A stretch of 64,000 nucleotides of DNA, from positions 50,158,001 through 50,222,000 of the forward strand of contig OZ024740.1 of the NCBI GenBank assembly GCA_964016885.1, written 5' to 3'. Both the position numbers and the translations under genes were made by a program. The notes below the pieces were generated by a model, which saw only the letters and a list, made by a program, of their open reading frames with translations, was not told where the DNA came from and ran no database searches. Origin of the DNA: Eledone cirrhosa (lineage: Eukaryota). Shown here piece by piece: positions 34,615-48,947 of the stretch; the first letter of the stretch is position 1, and each line of letters starts with the position of its first letter.

Positions 34615-34806
34615 CATGTTACTGAGTGTGGCTACAGACAAAAGACCTGATGAAAGAAATGAAGCATATTAATAACTTCTCTTAATAATCTCTTTCATGT
34701 CTTTTCTCTTATGGGTATTTACACTTTGTCTGACGATAGCCTAAGAACATTTATATACATATATATACATATATATATATATATATACATATATACATAT
34801 ATATAC

Positions 34807-34911
<105 letters not shown>

Positions 34912-35039
34912 ATGTAGGAGGTGAGTTTTATTGTAGTACAATAAAGCAATGCAGATATCGGATAAGAAGCACTCTACAGTTTGTAGGACTGGAGTATACA
35001 TAATATATAAGATCAAAAGATGGTTAAATGAGTTCCATG

Positions 35040-35110
35040 TATTTTATTATGCGCATTTCAAAAACAAATATCATCATGCAATAACATTTGTGTTTTCATC
35101 AGATAAAATA
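35040..35110 (-). ncRNA. Minimal hammerhead ribozyme, family B
   Basis: Mirror image of 35920-35990. Confidence 0.85.
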
Positions 35111-35919
35111 TGAGGACATGATATGAAGGTTAAAAACACTTGTGGATAGTGCAGTTTTAAATCAACATATGAAAAGTAGTTTTAGATTGATGTGTGATAT
35201 TGTGGAAAAAAGAATTTTGAGGGGGGGGGGGAAGGATGAAAAAGAGGAGGAGAAGAGAGTAAAAAGTGGAGGGGGAGGAGTATAATGAGGAAGGATGAGA
35301 TAGGAGGAGAGATGGCTGATAGAGAGAGAGAGATAGCTTTTATAACTGAGAAAAATATATTGTTTTACATAGAGTGGTTGAAAAACCGTTGGAAGATAAT
35401 GTATAAATTAAAAGAATTTGAAAATTAACGAAGAGAAATATAATGTAAAGTTAAGGTTTGTATATTGAAGGGTTTAATAATATGTGCGATTAAAAGAAAT
35501 TGTTAACATGTATTAAGAATAATTTTAAGGGTTTAATAATATGTGCGATGGAAAGATAATGTAAACCTTAACTTTACATTATTTTTCTCTTCGTTAATTT
35601 TCAAATTCTTTTAATTTATACATTATCTTCCAACGGTTTTTCAACCTCTCTATGTAAAACAATATATTTTTCTCAGTTATAAAAGCTATCTCTCTCTCTC
35701 TATCAGCCATCTCTCCTCCTATCTCATCCTTCCTCATTATACTCCTCCCCCTCCACTTTTTACTCTCATCTCCTCCTCTTTTTCATCCTTTCCAACCCCA
35801 CCCACCCCCTCAAAATTCTTTTTTCCACAATATCACACATCAATCTAAAACTACTTTTCATATGTTGATTTAAAACTGCACTATCCACAAGTGTTTTTAA
35901 CCTTCATATCATGTCCTCA

Positions 35920-35990
35920 TATTTTATCTGATGAAAACACAAATGTTATTGCATGATGATATTTGTTTTTGAAATGCGCATAATAAAATA
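35920..35990 (+). ncRNA. Minimal hammerhead ribozyme, family B
   Basis: TATTTTAT-CTGATGA-AAACACAAATGTTATT..GATGATATTTGTTTTT-GAAA-TGCGCA-TA-ATAAAATA. Confidence 0.88.
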
Positions 35991-36070
35991 CATGGAACTC
36001 ATTTAACCATCTTTTGATCTTATATATTATATATATATACATATATATATACATATATACATATATATAC

Positions 36071-36221
<151 letters not shown>

Positions 36222-36297
36222 GGCCGTCACATATAGTCAAAGCCGGCATGGACTGGGGTTGAACTCTGTCGATCAATTGGTTATAGATTAGGCGATA

Positions 36298-36408
36298 CCC
36301 GCTGATTAATCCACATACGCCGATTATGCATTGTTGTATAATATATGCAGGCGGAGGGTGCAGTGCACCCTACTACTGCATTAAGTGTGGCCGAAACTCG
36401 AGTCCGGG
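36298..36408 (+). ncRNA. Variant hammerhead-like motif, family F (CTGATTA core, branched stem II)
   Basis: CCCG-CTGATTA-..CCACAT...GTGTGGCC-GAAA-CTCGAG-TC-CGGG. It lies within a 257-bp repeat also present at 48478-48734. Confidence 0.55.
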
Positions 36409-36551
36409 AACTAATATAGGCACTCGTTTACGTGTGTTGTGTTGAAGCGAATAACTATGTGTATACTCTGGAATGTGTTCTACATTATCATATTGAGTAC
36501 GCTGAAATACAACCGGTCCTGGCATTGTTAAATATGCTGGGTCCGTCAACT

Positions 36552-36620
<69 letters not shown>

Positions 36621-36648
36621 ATCAAAAGATGGTTAAAAGAGTTCCATG

Positions 36649-36719
36649 TATTTTATTATGCGCATTTCAAAAACAAATATCATCATGCGATGACATTTGC
36701 GTTTTTGTCAGATAAAATA
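36649..36719 (-). ncRNA. Hammerhead family B, core mutated (CTGACAA)
   Basis: Inverted copy of 39569-39639 with G8 changed to A. Confidence 0.6.
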
Positions 36720-39568
36720 GGGAGACATGATATGAAGGTTAAAAAACACTTTTGAATGGTGCAGTTTTAAATCAACATATGAAAAGTACTTTTAGATTGA
36801 TGTGTGATATTGGGAAAAAAATTGGGGGGGGGGGGGGTGAAAAAGAGGAGGAGATGAGAGTAAAGAATGGAGGGGGAGGAGTATAATAAGGAAGGATGAG
36901 ATAGGAGGAGAGAAGGACCAGAGCTGATACCTCTAACAACTTTGACATCACAATGGGAGCATCCGATTCATCCCAATTGACAGATTTAATTGGGATCTTT
37001 ATTTTGAACTCTTTGAATCGGAAAATTCCTCAACTTTGCGGTGGAATATATCGTGACGATGGACTTTTTACTATCTTAAATTGCAAGATAGTTAACCTTA
37101 ATATTATTAAGAACAATATACGTAATCTCTTTAACCAACATAACTTAAAAATTGAATTTGATAACAACATCAAACTAGCTAATTTCTTAGATGTATCTCT
37201 TAATCTTGACACTAGCCTATATTACCCTTACCATAAAAACAATGAGAATCTAAATTATGTTAATTTTAAATCTAACCACCCCACTAATATTTAGAATGCT
37301 ATAGTTAGTAATATTGGAAAAAGAATATCTAACCTATCATCTAATAAAAACATCTTTGATGCTAACGCCAATTACTATAATAACGCGCTTTCTAAAGCCG
37401 GTTATCATGATAAAATCAAATATAGTAAAGAAACAAATTCTAGAAGATCTTACAGTAGAATAATTAATCATGATCATTCCAATAACTTTAATAAAAGACC
37501 TAGATACAAAAACATAATCTGGTATAATGCTCCTTTCTCCATCTCTATTAATAATAATATTCCTAAATTATTCTTTAGTGCCTTAAATAAATGCTTCCCT
37601 CCCTCACATATCTATAGTAAAATATTTAACAAACACACTATAAAATTTTCATTTTCTACCTCCTCCAACATTATCTCTAAACACAACAATAAAATACTAC
37701 ATACTAAATCTCTTCCTTCCAACACTGAATATCATAATAATAGTAATAGTACTCCCGGCGTCATTGTTAACTCTAGGCTAATTTCTGCAAACCCAAATAC
37801 AACGTCAAACGCAACTTCGTTAAATGTTCTTAATCCCAATCTAAATCAAGAAACTATTATTCCTATCGTAAATAACTTCTCCAATCCAATTCCTTCTATA
37901 GATCTTACCAGGTCACTTGTTAATAACTCTGTTAATTTCTCTAATCGCAATTGTAATTGCCCTGTTAAAAATAAATGTCCTCTCAATAACCATTGTCTTG
38001 AAAAAAACTTAATCTATGAATGTAAAGTTATAACTGACACCAATTCCTTTACCTATTTTGGCTCCACTTCCACCTCCTTTAAAGCTTGTCTTTATAATCA
38101 TCATTCGTCTTTTAAATACCAACTTAAAAGAACCAACACAGCACTCTCAGAACTCATATGGTCCTTGAAAGACAAAAATATTAACTATAACATCTCTTGA
38201 AGGAAGGTTTGTTCTGCTTCTCCATACTTGAATGCCTCTCTATCCAAGACATGTAATCTCTGTTTATGTGAGAAATTTACCATTATATCTAATTTAGATT
38301 CTATAATAAATAGACGCACTGACTTGTTTTCTCTCTGCTTACATAAATTCCACAGAACATTCCATAAAGTATACAGCTAATATCTAATACTTTATCAATT
38401 TAAAATCCTTTTTCTCAAAGGCACATATATATACATATATATTTCTTTAAAAATATACCCATCTTTCTACCTTATCTCAATGTTTATTTATTATACATTA
38501 TATAATACTAGTTACTCCTTCTATATCACTCCTATTTATCACTTCCCTTCCTTCTTTTTTCCTTTTTTCTTTTAATTTCTAACCTCTAATCTGTACCTTT
38601 TCTTCCTAGATACTTCTCAATTCTCATTATTACTCACCACAATATATCCACTCTTCCTTCTTCCATCCTATCACTGGCCATAAAATTTACTATTACCCTT
38701 TTAAATAATTTATAGTATCACCTTGAAAAATCCTTCGTAAACATAAACATTTTTTTTGACGTTAGATTATTCATCCTCAATTCATTATTTTTTTTCTCCC
38801 TTTCATGCTCATCTAACTTCTACATATTACACATCACAACACATAAAATCAAACTTAAACCCTAACTAATCTCTTTTATTACATTATATTATTACCATTA
38901 GGATATACTTCATAAACTTACATATTTTGATGTTAAGGTCTTCTCCTTAAACTCTATCTCCTTCTTTGCTTTCTTTGCTTACTGCGCTCGTTTGTAAACA
39001 AACTATTTACATATATTAATTCATCCACTCTTCTACCTCTTTTCACAATATATCCTTAATTACATTACTATTTTTATATATTTTTAATAATACATATCAA
39101 CAATTTCTTTCCATCGCACATATTATTAAACCCTTCAATATTCAAACCTTAACTTAATATTATTCTTAATATATATTAACAATTTCTTTTCATCGCACAT
39201 ATTATTAAACCCTTCAATATACAAACCTTAACTTTACATTATTTTTCTCTTCGTTAATTTTCAAATTCTTTTAATTTATATATCTTCCAACGGTTTTTCA
39301 ACCTCTCTATGTAAAACAATATATTTTTCTCAGTTATAAAAGCTATCTCTCTCTCTCTATCAGCCATCTCTCCTCCTATCTCCTCCTTCCTTATTATACT
39401 CCTCCCCCTCCATTCTTTACTCTCATCTCCTCCTCTTTTTCATCCTTTCCAACCCCCCTCCTCAATTTTTTTTCCCAATATCACACATCAATCTAAAACT
39501 GCTTTTCATATGTTGATTTAAAACTGCACCATTCAAAAGTGTTTTTTAACCTTCATATCATGTCTTCC

Positions 39569-39639
39569 TATTTTATCTGACGAAAACGCAAATGTCATCG
39601 CATGATGATATTTGTTTTTGAAATGCGCATAATAAAATA
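39569..39639 (+). ncRNA. Minimal hammerhead ribozyme, family B
   Basis: TATTTTAT-CTGACGA-stem II-GAAA-TGCGCA-TA-ATAAAATA in the 3' pLTR. Confidence 0.88.
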
Positions 39640-39765
39640 CATGGAACTCTTTTAACCATCTTTTGATCTCATATATTATTTATACTCCAGTCCCACAAAC
39701 TGTAGAGTGCTACTTATCCGATATCTGCATTGCTTTATTGTACTACAATAAAACTCACCTCCTAC

Positions 39766-39807
<42 letters not shown>

Positions 39808-39810
<3 letters not shown>

Positions 39811-39996
39811 GAAGGAAATGTGGTAAGGAACCAGGTGGACCATAACGCACCAAAGTACTCAATATTTAGGGTAGTAGAGTGGGTAATAGGAACGAGTAGG
39901 ACCCCGACGGCTGAGCTCAAGCCGTTTCGACGGCTAATTCTGTCCAGAATTAGCCGTCAAAACGGCTTGAGCTCAGCCGTCGGGGTCCTACTCGTT

Positions 39997-40001
<5 letters not shown>
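39808..40001. mobile_element. Fold-back half-hammerhead element, family H, copy 2
   Basis: Hairpin at 39886-40001 with (TA)n flanks. Confidence 0.8.
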
Positions 40002-40095
<94 letters not shown>

Positions 40096-40116
40096 TGTAT
40101 ATATACTATTTTTTTT

Positions 40117-40680
40117 CTAGGGCGGGTAAAATTCCCGAGATCCATGGACGAGTTCTCTCCAGCGGTCTCTGTCCCTCATTATCGCTGCCATGTCCTGCGT
40201 CTCCAACAGACCAGTGTCTGTCCTTAGGGCATCAACATATGTTAACCTTGGTTTTCCTCTTCCAGTGTGTCCATGTAGGGGCTCCCACAAGAGCACTGAG
40301 TGCAATGTCAACTCTGGATGTCGGTGAGCATGTCCAGCTAACCTCAGTCTCCTCTGTGGAGGAAGAGAAGGTGTTCGAGTCAGATCCAGGGAACAGGGCC
40401 CAAGGATAGGAAGAGGAAATGGCTAGACCATTTTAGGACCCTACTAGGAGAGCCACCCTCCACAGCTCAGAGCACTGGGGAGATCAGGCAGCTGTTTGAA
40501 TAACTGGATATTGAGACAGAACCCTTCTCCAGAGAAGAGCTTCAGAGAGCCAAGAAGAGGATCAAGGAGGGCAAGGCTTATGGACAAGATGGAGTGGCAT
40601 CAGAGGTGATGATGAGGTGTGATTTTGATGATATCATCCTGGGATTCTGTAACCAGGCACTGGAGAAAGGAGTTGCCCCG
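40117..40680. mobile_element. RTE-clade LINE insertion with inverted 5' part
   Basis: Minus strand 40117-40357 encodes the RTE C-terminus (RRLRLAGHAHRH..LLWEP..GRGKPRLTYVD..DRDRWR). Plus strand 40358-40680 encodes a pre-RT segment (WLDHFRTLL..FSREEL..GKAYGQDGV..EV). Confidence 0.8.
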
Positions 40681-40719
40681 AATATATACTTTATATATAT
40701 ATATATATATTTATTTATT

Positions 40720-41284
<565 letters not shown>

Positions 41285-41496
41285 AGGGTCGGCTGAAACA
41301 TTCATTGGCTGACCAAGATACTCTCATGGAATGACCAAATGAGGTTTATTTTTCAACATTGTGTGCGTATGTGTATGTAGGTGTGTGGTGATGGTGTGTG
41401 CATGTGAGTATGTGTGTGCGTGTGTGGACATGTGTCTCTGTGTTTATTGGATATTTTGGTTTTAGACCATTATAAATAAAAAAATTGGCGGTGTAT

Positions 41497-41677
41497 TGGC
41501 AGTATCGGTAGAGGGGCGGACGCCATGTCTTGATGCATAGAGTTACGGTCCTTGCCATTCTGAGTTCAAATCCAGCCGAGGTTTACTTTGCCTTGCATCC
41601 TTACGGGAGTCGATAAAATAAAGTACCAGTAATGCACTGGGTATTTGCTGGCCTTGTGCCAAAAGTAGAAACAATTA
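41497..41677 (+). mobile_element. SINE family 1 copy
   Basis: Full A/B-box head through GTAGAAACAATT. Confidence 0.85.
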
Positions 41678-41958
41678 TAAATCAAAAATAAATAATAGCA
41701 TATTCTAATTTTTTTAATTTATATTCACTGAAATTGACACTTCATTATGTTTATATAAGGGAAAACTTAACTTTTATTTTATTTTTCTTCCTAGTATTTG
41801 ATATAACTATTCAAAAATTAATTGGATGTTTATGTAAACTAGCATTAACATGAATTATTTGGTCAGTTATATTGGCGTCACTTGGTAAACATGAAGGCTT
41901 TTGAAATTTTTTTTATTGACGATTATTAAGTCATCACCATCAACATTATTATTATTAA

Positions 41959-42175
41959 GGGTGGTGGATTGGCAGAATCGGTAGAGCGTCGGATACTATG
42001 CTTTGCAGCATAGCGTTATGGCCCTTTACATTCTGAGTTCAAATCCTGCTGAAGTTAGCTTTGCTTTTCATCCTTACGAGGTCGATAAAATAAAGTACCA
42101 GTCGTGCACTGGGGTCGATTAAATCGACTTTCACCTCACCAAAATTGCTGGCCTTGTGCCTAAATCAGTAAACAT
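41959..42175 (+). mobile_element. SINE family 1 copy with (ATT)n tail
   Basis: GGCAGAATCGGTAGAGCGTCGG..GAGTTCAAATCC..GTCGATAAAATAAAGTACCAG. Confidence 0.85.
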
Positions 42176-42204
42176 TATTATCATTATTATTATTATTATT
42201 ATTC

Positions 42205-43860
42205 TATTAAATACTTGGTGGACCCTGCAGAACGAGCCGCATTGGGGCGTACCCGTCCCACATGGACAGAAGGACTGTAAAGGTCTGCATTCCCAGAATC
42301 TCACCAAGACTGAACCTATGGTGGTCTCTGGGGTGTGTGGTTGAGGAGGATACTGATAGTACCCTCATAGACGTTAAAAAACAGCTAGAGATGACTGGTC
42401 GGGGATGGATTTGGAGATTCTTCTCCAAATCAAACCAGAACAACTCAATAACATCCTTGACCATGTGCGCCTTCAGTACAATTGATCACTGAGAGTCACA
42501 CTGCTTCGTCTGCGGCGAAGCAACATATCTGCGAGCCTTCTCCCCTCAGCTAAAAATGCAGGGATTGCAAGCCTCCGTTGCTACAAATGCCAGTGTCGGG
42601 ACGGAAAGCTCCACGAACACCGACACCGGCGGCACCACGAACAGCAATATCACCAGTCGAACCTCCACCACCAAAACCAACCAAGGGGGAAAATGATGAA
42701 AGCTCTCCCATATACCCTCCCCCCAAAATACACACATTGACACAAACACAAACACACAGACACAGACACACTTAGGATTTGATGGCCCTGATAGCACGAA
42801 GACAATACATAGAAAAGGAGGGGGAAATATTCGACACTAGCACATTTCGCGTACCTAAGGACCTAACAATGGTACTTATGCCGCTAGGTGCATACAAAGA
42901 GATTAGGAAGAGCTTTCCTAGGGACGTGGGAATCTCGAATATGAAACCCACTTCAAGACTGTTAAAGGGGGTCCCAAAGGAAACCTCACCAACCATGAAG
43001 ATCGAACCACGCGATCTCCACAAGCCCTGGGGGGGGGGGGGGGGTAAGTACAGTAAACATTTCTTCTTCTCCTTTAGTCAGCCTACATGGCCATCTTAAG
43101 AGTAGGATGTTTAAATGTTCGTGACCTGGGATTGTCCTGGAAGCAAAGTCGTTAAATATGGATGTGATTACCGCCAGGAAGACCAGGGTTTCAAACACGC
43201 ACGCACTAGCTCCCATTTTCGAAGACTATCAAATCTTAACATCTCTTAGTCGGCCGGAAATGGGAGGTGGGGTCGAGATGCTGTTTAGGAAAGACCTGGA
43301 TATCGAGGTAAGGTCGATCCTCTGGGACCCGGACGGTAATTTGGTGGTCCTGGACGTGAACAATAGTGAAGGTTGTGCCTTTATACTGGTGACCGTTGAC
43401 GCCCCAACGGCGTCGCACGATCGGATTTTTTTAGGCGCCTGGAAGCCTTTCTAGGAACGTTTTGCCCTTTACTGTTAGTGTAAAGATTGTCCACATTTTC
43501 AAACAATCACCTATTCAGATCACAAATTTGTAATCTGCATGTTCGGCCTAGTTAAAATTTATAGTCTAGGTCTTGGTTACTGGAAGCTCAACACGTCATT
43601 TCCGGTGCGTAGGGTTTACAGGGACCGGGTCACTACTTTAGTTAAGTATAAGTCGTCAACAACGGTTGGGGGGCATTTACAATAAGTTTTAGTAAAGAAA
43701 TAACGTTAGAAAAAATACAAAGGACGGGTAGCTGGTAGCTAAATTGACGAGGCGATTAGAAGTGGCATTGCAACTAACGTGCTAGCGGCGAGAAGGACAT
43801 TAGACCATTTGTTCAATGCGAAACACGAAGTTTACATTGTCAGAGCTAAGGAGCATATCA
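42205..43860 (+). pseudogene. Degraded L1/Tx1-clade LINE (ORF1 zinc-knuckle remnant + APE endonuclease)
   Basis: HCFVCGE (~42500), LRVGCLNVR (43096), GGGV..LF, DPDG..VVLDV, SDHK and G.GYWKLN (~43570). Confidence 0.7.
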
Positions 43861-44120
43861 TATATAGAATACTAAAAAATTACATGAATACACCAATTTC
43901 GCAGTCGAATGATTAACATTTATTACATAACTGACACGTGTTTCGTCGATATCTAGGTGAACATATATTGAATCGCAAATCCGATGCGCTCTTTCCGGAG
44001 AACTTGAATTCAAATATTTTGCGTCAGCGATATAACATACATACATGCACACATACATACATACATACATACATACATACATACATACATACATACATAC
44101 ATACATACATACATACATAC

Positions 44121-45485
44121 GAAATCCGAGCAGTTGATGCTGGAACTCGAAAAATACTAAACAACACCGGAAACTTCCACATCAACAGTGACATAGACCG
44201 CCTTTACTTGAAACATAAGCAGAGAGGCAGAGGCCTAACATCAGTCTAGACAACATTTGAATGTCGCATCTTATCCCTTCGACAACATCTACGAACCTCG
44301 AAGTGTAAGAGCCCGTCTCTCGAGCCAGTCTATCTGCATAAGATCATGAGAGTTTGGAAGGAACTCCTCGAGAGATATTCCCTGTGGGATGATCAAAAAC
44401 TCACACTCAGGGAAGTCGCTCAGCAGTATCGCAGTGAATCGATGGATGAAAAACTGCATGCTTATCAGCAAAAAATCATGCATGGATATGTTGCCAGGAA
44501 GCTCCAGAGTGAGAGTAATATAGATAAGGAAAGTAGTCTATCTTGGACCAACAACCGCTATATTGGCTCCCACTTTGAAGGATACGCTTTTACAGTCCAA
44601 GAACATGAAATTAACACGAAATACCTGATTCACAAAAGAGATAGGGATGCAGGCAAAACACCTAGATGTGATAACAAGTGCAGACTCTGCAGAACTAACA
44701 TCGAGGATATCACCCATGTCATCAGCAGCTGTCCAAAGATGTCATCGCGGTACTATCTACCTATGAGGCATGATGTAGTGGCCAAAAGCAGTCCGTAAAA
44801 AAGATAGCCCCGATAATAAACATATTAAAAGCTACAGCAATGTGGAAGACATCCACGTACATAATATGAAAGATTACTGGTGGAATGTTCCTGTAAAAAA
44901 AAAACAATAAAATGCAGGCATAACAGACCAGATATAACAATGTGAGACAGGGAAAAGAAGGCATGCACAGTAGTGGAAGTTAGCTGCCCAGCAGATGCCA
45001 ATATAATATCAAATATTAGCGAAAAGAAGAATATCTATACAGAACTAATGAGAAATCTACAGACACTCCACCTTGACTATACGTTCAGATTTATGCCTGT
45101 GATTATTGGGGCACTGGGATATGTTAGTAACTGCCTCAATACAAATTTCCTTGAGAAGCTAGGCTTCACAGGAATAGAAAGAACACAACTAGTTAGGAAA
45201 TTACAAGTACAATCCATTAATGGAACAGTAAAAATATGTAAAACATTCCAAAAGTTTTGCATCTAATAACTGCATATACACATGTACAGATACAAAGCAT
45301 ATATACATGCACACATACAACTCAAAACATACACATCCAGACATGCAATAACATCCATATCTACACATGCATGTATACATAATCTAGCTAGTTGGTGTTG
45401 TGCAATGAGAGAGTCTTGTGTCTATGTTAGAAACCTACTCTCTCTCTATTGGTAAAACTTTGTGAAATTATAAAACCAGAAGAAC
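44121..45485 (+). mobile_element. 5'-truncated R4/Dong-like element (second subfamily) in (CATA)n
   Basis: DIDRLYL..GRGL, SHFEGY..QE, CRLC..HVISSC, RHD, EVSCP and FMPVIIGALG. Homologous to 31740-32837. Confidence 0.88.
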
Positions 45486-45506
45486 ATACATACATATATA
45501 CATACA

Positions 45507-47090
45507 TGGTGGCTGCCAACTCGTTTTCGAATACGGCTACTACTTTATATCCATGTAGGAGAATGCGCTGAACGAGTGTGACTTTTTAGTCTAGCCAGCG
45601 ACTTGAAAACTCTAGTACAAACACTACACCTGTGACAATTATTGACACATAGTGCTGGGCCCATGATACCATGTGACGACAAGTGCAGAGAGATCTCCAG
45701 ATATAAAGCAATGCCTGTGCCGTGAAGCTTTTATAGTGAGCAAAGGCACTGCACAAAGCCAGTCCCACTCTCTTAACCAAGATGATATTTACCAAAAAGA
45801 AGAACAAGTCAACAACATTGGATACCATCAGAGTTGCAGGTGTTATATCAGAGTTTTCCTTCTCCTAGAATTCTGCCTTGACAAAGGCTAAGGGGTCTTC
45901 TCTCCCGGTGATTTTGGATGGCCATTGACTCTTAAGAGCTCCTTTGCCCTTTGACAGGTTTTGTTTTTAGTCCTGCAGGATGTCCAAAGTCACCCTCCTC
46001 ACCAAGAAACCTTGGTGGGGTTGCCAGTTTAGTCGCCAACGACCCGTATATATGTATATATATATATACATATATACATACATATATATATACACATACA
46101 CATATACATACATATATATATACATATATACATACATATGGTGGCTGCCAACTCGTTTTCGAGTACGGCCACTACTTTATATCCATGTAGGAGAACTCCT
46201 ACCAATGCGCTGAACGAGTGACATTTTAGTCCAGCCAGCAACTTGAAAACTCTGGTACAAACACTACACTTGTGACAATTATTGACACATAGTGCTGGGC
46301 CCATGGTACCATGTGACGACAAGTGCAGAGAGATCTCCAGATGTAAAGCAATGCCTGTGCCGTGAAGCTTTTATAGTGAGCAAAGGCACTGCACAAAGCC
46401 AGTCCCACTCTCATACATATATATATATATACACACATACATATATACATACATATATACATACATACACATACATATATACATGGTGGCTGCCAACTCG
46501 TTTTCGAGTACGGCCACTACTTTATATCCATGTAGGAGAACCCCTACCGATGCGCTGAACGAGTGTGACTTTTTAGTCCAGCCAGCGACTTGAAAACTCT
46601 GGTACAAACACTACACTTGTGACAATTATTGACACATAGTGCTGGGCCCATGGTACCATGTGACGACAAGTGCAGAGAGATCTCCAGATATAAAGCAATT
46701 CCTGTGCCGTGAAGCTTTTATAGTGAGCAAAGGCACTGCACAAAGCCAGTCCCACTCTCTTAACCAAGATGATATTTACCAAAAAGAAGAACAAGTCAAC
46801 ATCATTGGATACCATAAGGGTTGCAGGTGTTATATCAGAGTTTTCCTTCTCCTAGAATTCTGCCTTGACAAAGGCTAAGGGGTCATCTCTCCCGGTGATT
46901 TTGGAAGGCCATTGACTCTTAAGAGCTACTTTGCTCTTTGACAGGTTTTGTTTTTAGTCCTGCAGGATGTCCAAAGTCACCCTCCTCACCAAGAAACCTT
47001 GGTGGGGTTGCCAGTTTAGTCGCCAACGACCCGACCATGGGACAGGTTGTACTGGGATACATGTTACCAGTAGCACCAACTGGTGACCTG
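45507..47090 (-). mobile_element. Three tandem copies of a 607-bp RTE-derived non-autonomous element (45507-46046, 46139-46412, 46484-47090)
   Basis: RTE-like 5'UTR motif CTAGGAGAAGGAAAACTCTGA, C2H2 remnant CSVCTRVFKSLAGLKSHTRSAH, 3' stem-loop CTCGAAAACGAG and (TGTA)n tail. Confidence 0.75.
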
Positions 47091-47141
47091 ACATACATAC
47101 ATACATACATACATACATACATACATACATACATACATACA

Positions 47142-47172
<31 letters not shown>

Positions 47173-47235
47173 GCTTACATTATTTACATATGAGAGTATG
47201 AGAGAGAAAGGCAGACAGCTATGTAAAATTCTACT

Positions 47236-47297
<62 letters not shown>

Positions 47298-47301
<4 letters not shown>

Positions 47302-47697
47302 GAATTTTATTTCTTGCCCTAGCACAGCTGATACATAAATGTAAGTATGCACACGTACACACACACACACATATATATACATATATATATATTCATACAC
47401 AAACATATATACATATACATGTGTACTTATGGGTTATATCGAACATCAATATTAATTTTCGATTCGTTTGTAAACAAATTGATTTGAAGCTGTGCCGGTG
47501 ACCTATCGTCACCTGTTTGTTCAACACTGGCCTTGAGGAACAATCAACATGTTTCTGGGTCTTTACCCTTCACCAGGACTGTATATCGCTGCCAGTCTGT
47601 TGAACGAATTGAACATTATTATTAATGTTCGATATAACACATACATATATATGTATATATGTGTGTGTATGTATATATATATATATGTGTGTGTGTG

Positions 47698-47730
<33 letters not shown>

Positions 47731-48215
47731 ACGTGTGCATACTTAGATTTATGTATCATCTGTGCTAGGGCGAGATATAAAATTCTAATTTTGTTTTTAA
47801 TATTCGGCAAGGCCAGCCGTAACTCGCTCGGTAACCAAATTAGTCTATCAGCCGATGTGTACTTAAGAAAATACTATATATTTTCAACCGTTCAACAGAC
47901 TCTGGCAGAGATATACAGTCCTGATAAAATGTAATTGTTTCTACTTTAGGCACAAGGCCAGCAATTACCCAGTGCATTACTGGTACTTTATTTTATCGAC
48001 CCCGTAAGGATGAAAGGCAAAGTCAACCTCGGCGGGATTTGAACTCAGATCGTAAAGGGACGTAACTATGCTGGAAAGCATGGCGTCCGACCCTCTACCG
48101 AAACTGCGCAGAAACATGCTTCAAATCGGGTCGTTTGTTTACAAACGAATCGAGCATTATTATTAATGTACGTACATATGTATATATGTGTGTGTACGTG
48201 TGCATACTTACATAT
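47298..48215. repeat. Nested inverted repeats interrupted by a SINE
   Basis: 47298-47455 is the inverse of 47615-47790. 47574-47605 is the inverse of 47890-47923. 47460-47490 is the inverse of 48118-48155. Confidence 0.75.
47933..48107 (-). mobile_element. SINE family 1 copy
   Basis: Reverse complement of the family consensus. Confidence 0.85.
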
Positions 48216-48228
48216 GTGTGTATATATA

Positions 48229-48272
<44 letters not shown>

Positions 48273-48298
48273 GTATAATAAACAATACAATATAATTA

Positions 48299-48366
48299 CC
48301 ACATTACCAGAGGTTTCCTGAATAAGACGAATACAGGAAACGTCCTCATTCGTTCGTCAGACAAGG
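48299..48366 (-). ncRNA. Hammerhead-like motif, family G
   Basis: CCTTGT-CTGACGA-..GAATGAGGACG..CGTCTTATTC..-GAAA-CCTCTGG-TA-ATGTGG. Stem I is weak. Confidence 0.55.
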
Positions 48367-48480
48367 CAATTTAAAACAGTGAAATATTTGAAAAATCTCC
48401 TCAAGAAAGGCAAAAGTTTAACGGGCAAAAAGAAAAAGAAAAATTCAATTTTCAACAGAAACTTCAATACTACTTATATA

Positions 48481-48591
48481 CCCGCTGATTAATCCACATA
48501 CGCCGATTATGCATTGTTGCATAATATATGCAGACGTAGGGTGCAGTGCACCCTACTACTGCATTAAGTGTGGCCGAAACTCGAGTCCGGG
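48481..48591 (+). ncRNA. Variant hammerhead-like motif, family F, second copy
   Basis: Same CTGATTA core, stem I and CTCGAG stem III as the 36298 copy. Confidence 0.55.
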
Positions 48592-48740
48592 AACTAATAT
48601 AGGCACTCGTTTACGTGTGTTGTGTTGAAGCGAATAACTATGTGTATACTCTGGAATGTGTTCTACATTATCATATTGAGTACGCTGAAATACAACCGGT
48701 CCTGGCATTGTTAAATATGCTGGGTCCGTCAACTCCATAT

Positions 48741-48901
48741 TTGGCAGTATCGGTAGAGAGTCGGACGCCATGCTTTGACGTATAGAGTTACGGCCCTTGC
48801 CATTCTGAGTTCAAATCTCGCCGAGGTTAACTTTGCCTTTCATCCTTACAGGGTCGATAAAATAAAGTACCAGTAATGCACTGGGATAATTGCTGTCCTT
48901 G

Positions 48902-48905
<4 letters not shown>
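48741..48905 (+). mobile_element. SINE family 1 copy
   Basis: Consensus match. Confidence 0.85.

Positions 48906-48947
<42 letters not shown>

Larger units (their letters stand above)
36618..39770 (+). mobile_element. 5'-truncated PLE with inverted pLTR at its 5' end
   Basis: One reading frame ~36917-38380 (FDITMGASDS, YRDDG, NFLDV, SNHP, WYN, CNC-x5-CPL, IY..YFG, CNLC) with in-frame TAG at 37292 and TGA at 38198. 36618-36912 is the inverse of ~39366-39669. Confidence 0.92.

Noticed and set aside
34640-34710. CTGATGA inside a hairpin (similarly at 53330)
   Set aside because: The three-stem hammerhead geometry cannot be built.
38198-38200. In-frame TGA in a PLE ORF as possible selenocysteine or readthrough
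   Set aside because: It aligns to a Trp (TGG) conserved in the sister elements, and the ORF also has a TAG. Simple decay.
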